A DNA stretch of 64,000 nucleotides, from assembly GCA_003222675.1 (NCBI GenBank), contig QHWT01000078.1:12731-76730 (forward strand), given 5' to 3'. Source of the DNA: Acidobacteriota bacterium (lineage in GTDB: Bacteria > Acidobacteriota > Vicinamibacteria > Vicinamibacterales > 2-12-FULL-66-21). The notes below the pieces were generated by a model, which saw only the letters and a list, made by a program, of their open reading frames with translations, was not told the DNA's origin and ran no database searches. Position 1 is the stretch's first letter; every line of letters begins with the position of its first letter. A program made the position numbers and the translations under genes. Below are positions 25,424 through 34,275 of the stretch, piece by piece.

Positions 25424-26038
25424 GTGAGCTTTTACTGCGATCGCATCGTGCCGTATCTCGTTCACGTTTCGATGCGACAAGAGAAGCTGGCGCCCTACCG
25501 ACGTCGCGTCGTTTCTGTCGCCCAAGGCCGGGTTCTCGAGGTTGGAGTCGGTTCAGGCCTGAACTTTCCTCTGTACGCTCCAAGCGTCACGACCGTCATC
25601 GGCCTCGACCCGTCAGCAAAGCTGCTATCGATGGCATCACCGCGGACGAAGCAGTTCGGACGCACGGCCGACTTGCTCGAAGCTTCCGCCGAAGCGATCC
25701 CGTTGGACGACAGAAGTATCGATACGGTCGTAACCGCCTGGACGCTGTGTACCATTCCGGACGTGATGCACGCCCTGTCAGAAATGCGTCGTGTCCTCAA
25801 GCCAGGCGGACAGGTGCTGTTCGTCGAACATGGCCGCTCACCGGACCGACACGTGACGCACTGGCAAGATCGCCTCACGCCCCTGTGGAAACGAATCGGA
25901 GGCGGCTGTCACCTGAATCGACCGATCGAGCAACTGATTGCCTCGTCCGGGTTCCGAATCGAGCGGCTGGAGAAGGGTTACATGCAAGGTCCGCGGCTCC
26001 TGACATTCATGTACGAGGGCCGCGCGCGTCCATCGTAG
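25424..26038 (+). CDS. class I SAM-dependent methyltransferase
   Basis: Motif I is VLEVGVGSGLNFP, post-I is VIGLDPS, and the acidic loop is DTVVTAWTLCTIPD...LKPGGQVLFVEHG. Confidence 0.85.
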   Translation: MSFYCDRIVPYLVHVSMRQEKLAPYRRRVVSVAQGRVLEVGVGSGLNFPLYAPSVTTVIGLDPSAKLLSMASPRTKQFGRTADLLEASAEAIPLDDRSIDTVVTAWTLCTIPDVMHALSEMRRVLKPGGQVLFVEHGRSPDRHVTHWQDRLTPLWKRIGGGCHLNRPIEQLIASSGFRIERLEKGYMQGPRLLTFMYEGRARPS

Positions 26039-26046
26039 CAGTGGCA

Positions 26047-27452
26047 TCACCGCCATGCGGATTGAACCCATCTCACGGCGGCATCAGGTACTGTGCCCAG
26101 GACAATGGTCAGAACTGTGCTGACCGCGAGGGCGACCTCCATGGCCGGTTGGCGTTGGAAGTTCTCGGAGGCGTCGGAGGGGGCCAGATACATGCGGGCG
26201 ATGATTCGGAGGTAGTAGTAGACCGCGACTACCACATTGACGGCCAGTACCACAGCCAGCCAGCTGGCGCCGTTCGATACGGCCGCAGAAAGCAGCAGCA
26301 CCTTGCCGATGTACCCGCCAAGCGGCGGAACACCCGCAAGCGACAACAGTGCGATCGTCAACGTCAGCGAGAGCGCGGGGGCGCGCTTCCATAGTCCCGC
26401 GAACGCATCGAGCTCAGTCCGCCTTGCGACCTGTTCGACTCGGGCCGCCGCGAAGAATGCGCCGAGATTCATCGGTAGATAGACGATGAGATAGAACAGC
26501 GCAGCCCGCGCAGCAGCGGGATCGGTACCGGACACCGCCACTCCAACGAGGACGTATCCGATTTGCGCGATGCTCGAATACGCAAGCAGTCGTTTCACGT
26601 TTGTCTGACGGAGTGCGGCGAGGTTGCCAACCGTCATCGAAACGGCAGCCAGAGCTTCCATCAACGGACGCCACGCGAACTGCTGCGCTGCAAAGCTCCC
26701 GTGCAGAAGGCGCAGCACGATCGCGACGGCTGCCGCCTTCGGCACGACGGCGATGAATCCGGCGATGGGCGTCGGCGCCCCTTGGTACACGTCTGGCGCC
26801 CACATGTGAAATGGCGCGACGGCCATCTTGAAGGCGAAACCCACGAGCGCAATCGCGAGCGCAAGGACCGCAAGTGAGGCGGTCCGACCATCAGCTGCGA
26901 TCTCGATGTGCGTGGAACCCGTGAGACCGTACAGCAGGCTGAATCCGAACAGCATGATGGCGACCGCCGCCGCCCCGTAGAGGAAGAATTTCAGCGCCGC
27001 TTCGTTCGACTCAGAGACATCAGTCGTGATGCCGACCAGAATCAACGTCGCGATTGCCACGATTTCGAAGGACAGGACGACGAGCGCGATGTCGAGACTG
27101 CCGGCGAGCATCGCGGCCCCGAGCGTCGCGGCGACAATCAAGGCCGGCACGTCCGCTCGATACCTCGCATCACGGAAGTAATCGGCTGATGCCAGCAGCG
27201 TCAACGCGCCCCCAGCAATCGCATAGAACTTCAGGAAGTGTGCTAGTCGATCGAGTCGGTACGTCCCTCAAATACGTTCTGGTCGGACCAGGGCAGCATC
27301 CGGACCGTGAACGCTGCGGCGACGAGCAGGACGGCCGTCGCGCTCACATAAACCGCCCGCGTCGTTCTCGGAGACGTAAACGGCGCCGCAACCAGGAGGA
27401 GCAGGAAGGCGCTTGCGAGCGTCAGTTCGGGAACGATGGCCCAGAGCGGCAC
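26047..27452 (-). CDS. nuoN: NuoN-like antiporter-type subunit (apparent 1-nt frameshift near 27265)
   Basis: The GTG start is 6 nt after the nuoM stop. The N-terminal ~65 aa (PLWAIVPELTLASAF...VFEG) are in one frame. The rest (TYRLDRLAHFLKFYAIAGG...GFAFKMAVAPFHMWAPDVYQGAPTPIAGF...) is in the 385-aa ORF frame. The switch occurs at a GGG/CCC run. Confidence 0.7.
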
Positions 27453-27457
27453 GATCG

Positions 27458-28927
27458 TTACTGACCGAGCAGCGTTCGTGCGCCGCGCTCGACGATTGAG
27501 ATCAGCAGGCCTGGCGCCACTCCAATGAAGACGCTCGCCGCCAACAGCACGCCGACCAGGCCGCGCTCGCGCACACTTAGGTCCGTCGCGGTCAGGCTGC
27601 GGGCCGTCGGGGTATTGAAGAGCGTCTGCTGCAGTGCACGAAGGTACAACGCGGTTGAGATGATCACGCCAAAAGCGGCCGCAGCAGCGGCCCACGGCCA
27701 GCGAGCGACAGCCGCAACGAAGACCTGGAATTCGCCGACAAACCCGGAGAACACCGGCAGGCCGAAGGAGGCGAACGCAAACGCCGTGAGCACACCGGCA
27801 AACACCGGCGTCCGACCCCACAGGCCGCCGAGCTCCATGAGGTCTCGTGTGCCCATTCGCTCTTGGAGCATGCCTACGAGCAGGAACATGCCGCCCGTCA
27901 GCAGGCCGTGGCTGACCATCTGGATTATGGCGCCGTTTACGGCGAGCGTGCGATCGGCAGCCGTCGCCCCGGTCACTGCGAGCGTGGCGCCGAGGAGCAC
28001 GAACCCCATATGGTTGATGCTCGTGTACGCGACGAGCCGCTTGAAGTCACGCTGTGCCATCGCGACGGCCGCGCCGTACACGATCCCGATCACGGCAATC
28101 GCGATGAAGACGCCGGCGAAGCGCTGAAACGCTGCCGGCACGGCGCCAACGGCAATCCGCACGGATCCGTACCCGCCCATCTTCAGCAGGACACCCGCGA
28201 GCATCACGCTGCCCGCGGTCGGTGCCTCGACATGCGCGTCGGGGAGCCAACTGTGTAACGGCACGATCGGCAGCTTCACGCCGAAGCCGAGCGCGAACCC
28301 GAGCAGGACGAGCGCCGCGAATGTTCCGGACCCACTCGCACGGCCAGCTGCGGTGATCGCGTCCAAGTCAAAACTGCGCGGTTCCGTGCGGAAGTACAAG
28401 GCGAGAATCGCGAGCAGCAGCGCGAGGCTGCCGGCACGCGTGTAGAGGAAGAACTTGAGCGCCGCCTCGCGCCGGCCCTCGTGACCCCAAATGCCGATGA
28501 TGAAGTACAAGGGCACGAGCGCCACTTCCCAGAACACGTAAAACAGCAGCAGGTCGCTCGCGAGAAACACGCCGAGCACGCCGGTCTCCATGGTGAGGAA
28601 GAGAAACAGCAGCTCCTTCGTGTCCTCGCCGGACGCAGGCAGGTCGAACAACACCAGCAGCCCGAGGAGCGTCGTCAACAGTACGAGTGGCGCGCTGAGC
28701 CCGTCGAAGCCGAGCGCGTAACTCGCACCGATCGATGGAATCCAGGCAGCCTGCTGCCGGACGGCCGTGCCCGTCTGTGCGAGCTGGACCATCAACAGTG
28801 CGCCGATCACAAAGGTCGTCGCGGCCGCGAGGATTGCAATGAATCGAAGCGACGCGTCGCGCCGACGCGGAAGCAGGAGGATCAGGCCGCCCGCCGCGAA
28901 CGGCAGGAACGTGAGCACCGTCAACAT
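27458..28927 (-). CDS. nuoM: NuoM-like antiporter-type subunit
   Basis: GGAGGTGAG RBS, with the ATG 1 nt after the nuoL stop. The canonical motif is GFGVKLPIVPLHSWLPDAHVEAPTAGSVMLAGVLLKMGGYG. Confidence 0.85.
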   Translation of the reverse strand: MLTVLTFLPFAAGGLILLLPRRRDASLRFIAILAAATTFVIGALLMVQLAQTGTAVRQQAAWIPSIGASYALGFDGLSAPLVLLTTLLGLLVLFDLPASGEDTKELLFLFLTMETGVLGVFLASDLLLFYVFWEVALVPLYFIIGIWGHEGRREAALKFFLYTRAGSLALLLAILALYFRTEPRSFDLDAITAAGRASGSGTFAALVLLGFALGFGVKLPIVPLHSWLPDAHVEAPTAGSVMLAGVLLKMGGYGSVRIAVGAVPAAFQRFAGVFIAIAVIGIVYGAAVAMAQRDFKRLVAYTSINHMGFVLLGATLAVTGATAADRTLAVNGAIIQMVSHGLLTGGMFLLVGMLQERMGTRDLMELGGLWGRTPVFAGVLTAFAFASFGLPVFSGFVGEFQVFVAAVARWPWAAAAAAFGVIISTALYLRALQQTLFNTPTARSLTATDLSVRERGLVGVLLAASVFIGVAPGLLISIVERGARTLLGQ

Positions 28928-28928
28928 C

Positions 28929-30944
28929 TCACCTCCAGACGCGCACGGCAACAACGACCGACAGCGTCACGACGGCGATCCACGCGAAGACCGCAAACAG
29001 GTAGTGGTACACGCGCCCGGTCTGTAGTGCGCCGACGCGTGCACCAACGCCGCCAATGCCGACGGCTCCTCTTTCGATATTCTGGTCGAGGAGCTGGTCA
29101 TCTGCGCGACCGATCAGGCCGGCCATGCTCAGCGTGAACGACGCAGTGCGACGGGCCGCGCGGTCGAACACGTCCACGTCGAACCGGCTGAGCCTTCGAG
29201 ATCCCGCGAGTACTTCCATCCCTATCGCCCGATCGAATGCAGGCGTACCACTGAGCCTTCGAGATCCGGCACGCGCTGCCGTGGCAATCATTCGATCGAA
29301 TGCCGCCACATCGAGACGGCTCGTCACAGCAGAGAACGTCCGTACCAGCGCGGCAACGGCATTTGCGAACGCGTCGACACCAAAGCCGCTGCGTGCCCAT
29401 GTGCCAACGAATGTCACACGATTGGCTGCAGCGATGAGAAGCGGTGCGCGCCGCTCGTACAGTCCGAACGCGACCGCCCATCCGATCAGCGCGCCTGCGA
29501 CGTCCAACCAGGTTCGAACGTCGACCGCCGTCAAAGAGGTGGGTGGTGCTGACCACGCCGGAATGAAGAGCGCCGGCGCAAAACCCACGCTTGCCGTGGC
29601 TGCTGCCAGTACCAGCACCGGCACGACCCGCGTGAGCGCCTCGCTATCGTCCTGACGAATTGGACGTCGAAAGGCGATGAAAAACGGCCGCGCGATGTAA
29701 AACGCGGACACTGGGGCTAAGGCCAGGAACACGACGCCCGCGAACTGTGACGTTCCGGCGGTCATGGCCGTCTTGCTCCAAAATCCCGCGAACGGTGGGA
29801 TCCCCGAGAGCGACAATGCGCCAACCAGGAAGCCCGCGGACGCGATGCGCGGAACATCGTGTAGCTCCGTCAACTCGTTTGTGCCAGATGCCTTCGTCGC
29901 AATGCCTGCGGAGAGGAACAGCAACGCCTTGAACGTGGCGTGCGCAACGAGGTGCACCATGCCGGCGGCTGGCGCGCCAGCGCCAATCGCCATTCCCATC
30001 TCGCCGAGCTGACTCATGGTTGAGTACGCCAGGACGCGCTTGACGTCACGCTGCGCCGCTGCGGCCACCGCTGCCCCACACGCGGTGAGCGCCGTGACGA
30101 TGAACCATGCGTTGAGGGCAGCGGGTGCGGCAACAAACAATGGATAGCTGCGCGCAACGAGATACATGCCCGCCGCGACCATCGTCGCCGAATGGATCAG
30201 CGCCGAGACCGGAGTCGGGCCGGCCATCGCGTCCGGCAGCCACACGTGCAGAGGTGCTTGTGCGGATTTGCCCAGCGCGCCGGCGATGATCAGCCACGCT
30301 CCCGCTGCGACGAGCGGACCGTGAATCATGCCATTCGACACGCTCGTCAACAGCGGTTGATATGACACCGTGCCGGCCGCGGCGAACAGACACGCGATGC
30401 CGAGCAGCAGCCCGACGTCGCCGATGCGCGTCACGAGCAACGCCTTGAGCGCGGCCGATAACGCCGTGCGCTCGCGCCAATGATGCCCGATCAGAAGATA
30501 GGAGCAGACGCCAACAATCTCCCACGCGACATACAACAGGATGTAGTTGTCTGCCAGGACGAGCGTCAGCATCGCGGCGCCAAACAGCGACATCACGGCG
30601 AAAAAGCGAGCCGGGGAAGGCTCATCGCGCATGTACCAGACGCTGTACGCGAGGATAGTTGCCGAGATCGCCGCGACGAGGAGTGCCAATGTCGCGGAGA
30701 GCGAGTCCGCCTGAAGACCGAGCGTCAACGGATGGCCGGCCAGCGAAACAGTCGTGAGCGTCGCCCGAAGTACCGAGCCTGCCGTCCCCTGGAGGGCCAC
30801 GGCAGCCGCCATCGCGCTGCTGACGAGCGCGGCGCCAGTCGCGAGGAAACCCGCACCTGAGGGGGACGAGACGCGTCCGCTCAGCGTTGCGATCACAATC
30901 GCCGCGAGGAGCGGCACCAGCGGCACCAGCCAGAGCGCACTCAT
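28929..30944 (-). CDS. nuoL: NuoL-like antiporter-type subunit with a long C-terminal extension
   Basis: 671 aa. It has GALGKSAQAPLHVWLPDAMAGPTPVSALIHSATMVAAGMYL and a C-terminal amphipathic region followed by a final TM, as in NuoL. Confidence 0.85.
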   Translation of the reverse strand: MSALWLVPLVPLLAAIVIATLSGRVSSPSGAGFLATGAALVSSAMAAAVALQGTAGSVLRATLTTVSLAGHPLTLGLQADSLSATLALLVAAISATILAYSVWYMRDEPSPARFFAVMSLFGAAMLTLVLADNYILLYVAWEIVGVCSYLLIGHHWRERTALSAALKALLVTRIGDVGLLLGIACLFAAAGTVSYQPLLTSVSNGMIHGPLVAAGAWLIIAGALGKSAQAPLHVWLPDAMAGPTPVSALIHSATMVAAGMYLVARSYPLFVAAPAALNAWFIVTALTACGAAVAAAAQRDVKRVLAYSTMSQLGEMGMAIGAGAPAAGMVHLVAHATFKALLFLSAGIATKASGTNELTELHDVPRIASAGFLVGALSLSGIPPFAGFWSKTAMTAGTSQFAGVVFLALAPVSAFYIARPFFIAFRRPIRQDDSEALTRVVPVLVLAAATASVGFAPALFIPAWSAPPTSLTAVDVRTWLDVAGALIGWAVAFGLYERRAPLLIAAANRVTFVGTWARSGFGVDAFANAVAALVRTFSAVTSRLDVAAFDRMIATAARAGSRRLSGTPAFDRAIGMEVLAGSRRLSRFDVDVFDRAARRTASFTLSMAGLIGRADDQLLDQNIERGAVGIGGVGARVGALQTGRVYHYLFAVFAWIAVVTLSVVVAVRVWR

Positions 30945-31256
30945 TCAGCCTCGCAACGATGCCACTCTGTCGACCATCTGCGTCGAACGGTTGCGGTACA
31001 CCAACACAATGACGGCGAGCCCGACAGCCATCTCCACGGCCGCGATCGTCAGAATGACCAGCGCGAAAATCTGCCCGGCGAAGTCCGCTGGGTTGCGATA
31101 CCGCCAGAAGGCGACCGTATTCAGCATCGCGGCGTTGAGGATGACTTCCGTGCTCATCAGCACCATCACCGCACCGCGCTGCGATAGCACGCCGTAGACG
31201 CCGAGCCCGAATAGGATCGCCGCGACCGCAAGGTAGGCTTGCAGCGGCACGCTCAC
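30945..31256 (-). CDS. nuoK: NuoK-like subunit
   Basis: 103 aa with 3 TM helices. LMSTEVILNAAMLNTVAF and ILTIAAVEMAVGLAVIV match the NuoK/ND4L pattern. It abuts nuoL with no gap. Confidence 0.85.
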   Translation of the reverse strand: MSVPLQAYLAVAAILFGLGVYGVLSQRGAVMVLMSTEVILNAAMLNTVAFWRYRNPADFAGQIFALVILTIAAVEMAVGLAVIVLVYRNRSTQMVDRVASLRG

Positions 31257-31981
31257 GCGCGCCTCGCAAAGATGACGGCGCCGACCATGCCGAGCAGAAT
31301 CAGAACTGCCGCCCCTTCGAAGGCAATCATGTAGCGGCCGAGGAGCTCCGTCCCAATGGTTCGAGCCGAATCGAGTGCCGGAATTGGCGCGGGCGCGGGC
31401 CAGGGCGCAAATGCGATGGCGCCGAGCAGACCCAGTGCGACGATGAACCCGGTGACCGCCGCGATGCGCGTGAACTCGTGCGTCATCGCCATGTCCATCT
31501 CCATGCCGGATGACATATGCCCGTGCTGAACGGCCGATTGTCCGTGGTCTTTAACGTGGGAGGCAGAGCCGTGTGCGTGATGTTCTGGCGCCGGTTGCAA
31601 CGCCATCCCGCACTTCGGACACTGACCAGGCTCGCGGGATCGGACGTCGGGATGCATCGGACAGACGTACTCGTCGGCGGGTCCGGTCTCTTCGGGAGGC
31701 GCGATGCCCATCATGCTTCCACCGGGATCGGGCGACACCATCACCATGAAGAGCACCATCACGAGCATCCCGGCTACGTACATCATGATTTGCATCGACG
31801 CGAGCAGGTCAGCCGAGAGGAGGAGGAACAGGCCACCAATCGCACAGAAGCTCGCCATCAACGAGAATCCGGATCGCACCATGCTCATCGTGCGTAGCAT
31901 GCGAAACGTACCGCCAATCGCCACGGTCGACAGCACCACGAACAAGAGCCACTCGACTGGCGGCGAGAGCGTTCCGTTCAT
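31253..31981 (-). CDS. nuoJ: NuoJ-like subunit with an inserted heavy-metal-binding domain and His/Met-rich tract
   Basis: 242 aa from an internal ATG that overlaps the nuoH stop (ATGA). TM1-3 and the C-terminal TIGTELLGRYMIAFEGAAVLILLGMVGAVI are NuoJ-like. Between TM3 and TM4 lies YVCPMHPDVRSREPGQCPKCGMALQP (HMBD pattern), followed by HHAHGSASHVKDHGQSAVQHGHMSSGMEMDMAMTH. Confidence 0.75.
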   Translation of the reverse strand: MNGTLSPPVEWLLFVVLSTVAIGGTFRMLRTMSMVRSGFSLMASFCAIGGLFLLLSADLLASMQIMMYVAGMLVMVLFMVMVSPDPGGSMMGIAPPEETGPADEYVCPMHPDVRSREPGQCPKCGMALQPAPEHHAHGSASHVKDHGQSAVQHGHMSSGMEMDMAMTHEFTRIAAVTGFIVALGLLGAIAFAPWPAPAPIPALDSARTIGTELLGRYMIAFEGAAVLILLGMVGAVIFARRA

Positions 31982-32898
31982 GAGGCGAGCATCATCAGGA
32001 TCCCGACGAGAATCACGTTGAAAATGGAGGCGGGAATCAGGACGAGCCAGGCGCCGCGAATGAGTTGCGCCATCGTGAGTCGGCGGAATCTGACGCCAAG
32101 CCACGCCATCATGATCAGGAGCAGCGTGGTCTTGAGCACGAACCAGATCTGCCCAGGCAGCCAAGGCCCGCGCCAGCCGCCGAGAAACAGCAACACACCC
32201 ATCGAAGCAGCAAGAAACCAGACTGCGTAGAGTGACCCGTCTAACAATCTGCGAGCCGCGCCGCGATATTCGACACGCACGTCGACATCACCGCCGACCG
32301 GCAGATCAACCGGGGGACGGTACGTCTGTCCCATGGCCGCGACCAGGTAAATGGCGAGTCCGAGCGGCTGCCACAGCCCAAATGGCACGCGCTGATGAAG
32401 AACGAGCGTGGTGGCCGATAGCGACTCGGCAGCCATCACCGCACCGGTGACAGCGAACCCAAGGGGGATGAGATAGCTCACAAGCTGGGCTCCGGCAAGA
32501 AACGCCGCCTCCGTGCCTGGCCGCGCATTCGCGCCCCACCCCGCCATGAACAGCGCCACGGCCATGACGTCCAGCACGACGAGATAAAAGAAGATACCGA
32601 CGGCGAGCTGCGGCCCTGGCAGCGCGGCGGTCGAGTCGCCAATGGGCACGACGATCGCGCCGAGCCCCACAGCCGTGATCGCCACAGGTGCGGCGCCACG
32701 AAAGAGAACGCGGTCGATCCGCTGGTGACCCGGATCGGGCGCGAACAGCAGGCTGAGGAAGGTTCGGACGCGATCGGCAAGCTGAAGACTGCCACCTTTC
32801 ACGCCCGAGCGCATGACATGATCGACGATGGCAGCCCATGCGGCTCCGCCGACCAGCAGCGCCATGGCAAGAGCCGCATTGGCCAGCGTGACGGTCAT
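31978..32898 (-). CDS. nuoH: divergent NuoH-like subunit
   Basis: 306 aa from an internal ATG overlapping the nuoA stop (ATGA), with ~8 TM helices. Recognisable remnants are GSLQLADRVRTF (compare GLLQPIADGVK), RPPVDLPVGGDVDVRVEYRG (compare RxPFDLPEAESELVxGxxxEYSG) and the C-terminal WFVLKTTLLLIMMAWLGVRFRRLTMAQLIRGAW. Confidence 0.65.
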   Translation of the reverse strand: MTVTLANAALAMALLVGGAAWAAIVDHVMRSGVKGGSLQLADRVRTFLSLLFAPDPGHQRIDRVLFRGAAPVAITAVGLGAIVVPIGDSTAALPGPQLAVGIFFYLVVLDVMAVALFMAGWGANARPGTEAAFLAGAQLVSYLIPLGFAVTGAVMAAESLSATTLVLHQRVPFGLWQPLGLAIYLVAAMGQTYRPPVDLPVGGDVDVRVEYRGAARRLLDGSLYAVWFLAASMGVLLFLGGWRGPWLPGQIWFVLKTTLLLIMMAWLGVRFRRLTMAQLIRGAWLVLIPASIFNVILVGILMMLAS

Positions 32899-33218
32899 AG
32901 ATCGAAGGCGCCGCGCTTCCAGGCGTACACGAGGCCAACGACCAGAATCGCAGCAAACACGAACATGTCCCAGAACGCGACGATTCCGACCTGGCGGTAC
33001 GCGACTGCCCACGGGAACATGTAGATCATTTCCATGTCGAAGGCGAGGAAGAGCAGCGCCACGACCGCATAGCGCACGTCCACCTGAGTCCACGCGCTCT
33101 GACGCGAGCCGTCCGTCCGTTTGTCTCGGGGTCTGGCATTCCGGGAAGCGAGCAGCACCCACACGCTCGTCGTGCCCAGTAGCAGGGCTGCCACGACAAA
33201 CGCAACGCGGTAATCCAT
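32895..33218 (-). CDS. nuoA: NuoA-like subunit
   Basis: 107 aa from an internal ATG with a GAGGAA RBS. VRYAVVALLFLAFDMEMIYMFPWA...LVVGLVYAWKRGAFD matches NuoA/ND3. Confidence 0.75.
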   Translation of the reverse strand: MDYRVAFVVAALLLGTTSVWVLLASRNARPRDKRTDGSRQSAWTQVDVRYAVVALLFLAFDMEMIYMFPWAVAYRQVGIVAFWDMFVFAAILVVGLVYAWKRGAFDL

Positions 33219-33226
33219 TTCCTCGA

Positions 33227-33439
33227 TTACGACCGGATCGAGCGTATCAGCACCACAACAAGAAGGATGATGAGCGCAGCTAACGCGATCATCCAGACAA
33301 GGCCCCAGCCCATCATCCCGCCGCAGCACGCCATGCCGCCGGTCATCCCCATCCCCATCATGCCGGTCATCCCGAGGAGCGGGATGAGCACCAGGACGGC
33401 AATCGCGACAACGATCCAGACGAGAGCGTTACGATCCAT
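33227..33439 (-). CDS. small two-TM protein with a Met/Gly/Cys-rich loop
   Basis: MDRNALVWIVVAIAVLVLIPLLGMTGMMGMGMTGGMACCGGMMGWGLVWMIALAALIILLVVVLIRSIRS. It ends 8 nt upstream of nuoA. Confidence 0.5.
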   Translation of the reverse strand: MDRNALVWIVVAIAVLVLIPLLGMTGMMGMGMTGGMACCGGMMGWGLVWMIALAALIILLVVVLIRSIRS

Positions 33440-33459
33440 GGACGTTCTCCGAATGTTCA

Positions 33460-33606
33460 TCAATCCAGATCACCAGATTTGTCGCGTCTGTCCGCTGTAT
33501 CGGTATGCGTGGACTGCTTATCGTGCCGTCCCATGAACACCATCGGTAAACAGCAGAAGACCAGGAACGCGATGATCGCGACCCACAACCAGGAATTGCC
33601 TTCCAT
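33460..33606 (-). CDS. 48-aa single-TM protein with a CC motif (absent from the ORF track)
   Basis: MEGNSWLWVAIIAFLVFCCLPMVFMGRHDKQSTHTDTADRRDKSGDLD. It sits between the ICMT-like gene and the Met-rich peptide and is co-directional with them. It resembles the small DUF2933-type proteins found in metal loci. Confidence 0.4.
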   Translation of the reverse strand: MEGNSWLWVAIIAFLVFCCLPMVFMGRHDKQSTHTDTADRRDKSGDLD

Positions 33607-33627
33607 AATTCACGGCCTCAGAAGTCC

Positions 33628-34275
33628 TCACCTGCTTGGTTCCGGCGTGAGCTGAAACAGCCGATGCCATTCGCCCCGCCGCGGGAAAAACATCGGTACC
33701 CGGTTTCGATACTCCGCGTACGTCGCGCCATAGGTGGCCACCATCTGTCGCTCTTCTCTGCGCGCGAGCAGCACATAAGTGAGAACAATGATGGGGAAGG
33801 CGGCAAGCGAAAACACGGTCGGCCAATGCACCACGGCTTCGCCGAACACCACGAGGAAGAACCCGGTGTACTGTGGGTGCCGCACGACGGCGTAGGGTCC
33901 GTGCGTGGCCAATCGATGTTGCTTACGTGCGCGGTACACTTCTCGCCAGCCCGCAGTCACTATTCCGATGCCCAAGAACGCAATCGAATATCCAACGACC
34001 ATGGACACCAGCATCGCCGCCGGCGTGCCGGTGAGATAGATCCAGAGATTGCCATCCCAGAAAGTGCCCGACACGTCCAAGCCGAAGAGTCGCGTCAAGG
34101 CATAGATTGTCACCGGGAACCCATACATCTCTGCGTAAAAAGCGATGATGAACGCCTGCACCACGCTCGCGCGCGTCCATTCCTTCCAAGTCTTCGGCAC
34201 GATCGCGCGATAAAAGAACCACGAGACCATGACAATCGAGATTGCGGCTGCTCCCCAAAGGGTGCTCGTCCTCAT
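33628..34275 (-). CDS. isoprenylcysteine carboxyl methyltransferase (ICMT)/PEMT-family membrane methyltransferase
   Basis: Multi-TM protein with the family signature HGPYAVVRHPQYTGFFLVVFG...LLARREERQMVATYGATYAEYRNRVP. Confidence 0.75.
   Translation of the reverse strand: MRTSTLWGAAAISIVMVSWFFYRAIVPKTWKEWTRASVVQAFIIAFYAEMYGFPVTIYALTRLFGLDVSGTFWDGNLWIYLTGTPAAMLVSMVVGYSIAFLGIGIVTAGWREVYRARKQHRLATHGPYAVVRHPQYTGFFLVVFGEAVVHWPTVFSLAAFPIIVLTYVLLARREERQMVATYGATYAEYRNRVPMFFPRRGEWHRLFQLTPEPSR

Noticed and set aside
31253-33329. Long N-terminal extensions of the nuoJ (303 aa), nuoH (394 aa) and nuoA (144 aa) ORFs.
   Set aside because: The extensions overlap the 3' ends of the upstream genes and translate to Arg/Pro-rich non-membrane sequence. 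Internal ATGs give canonical N-termini and ATGA-type coupling.
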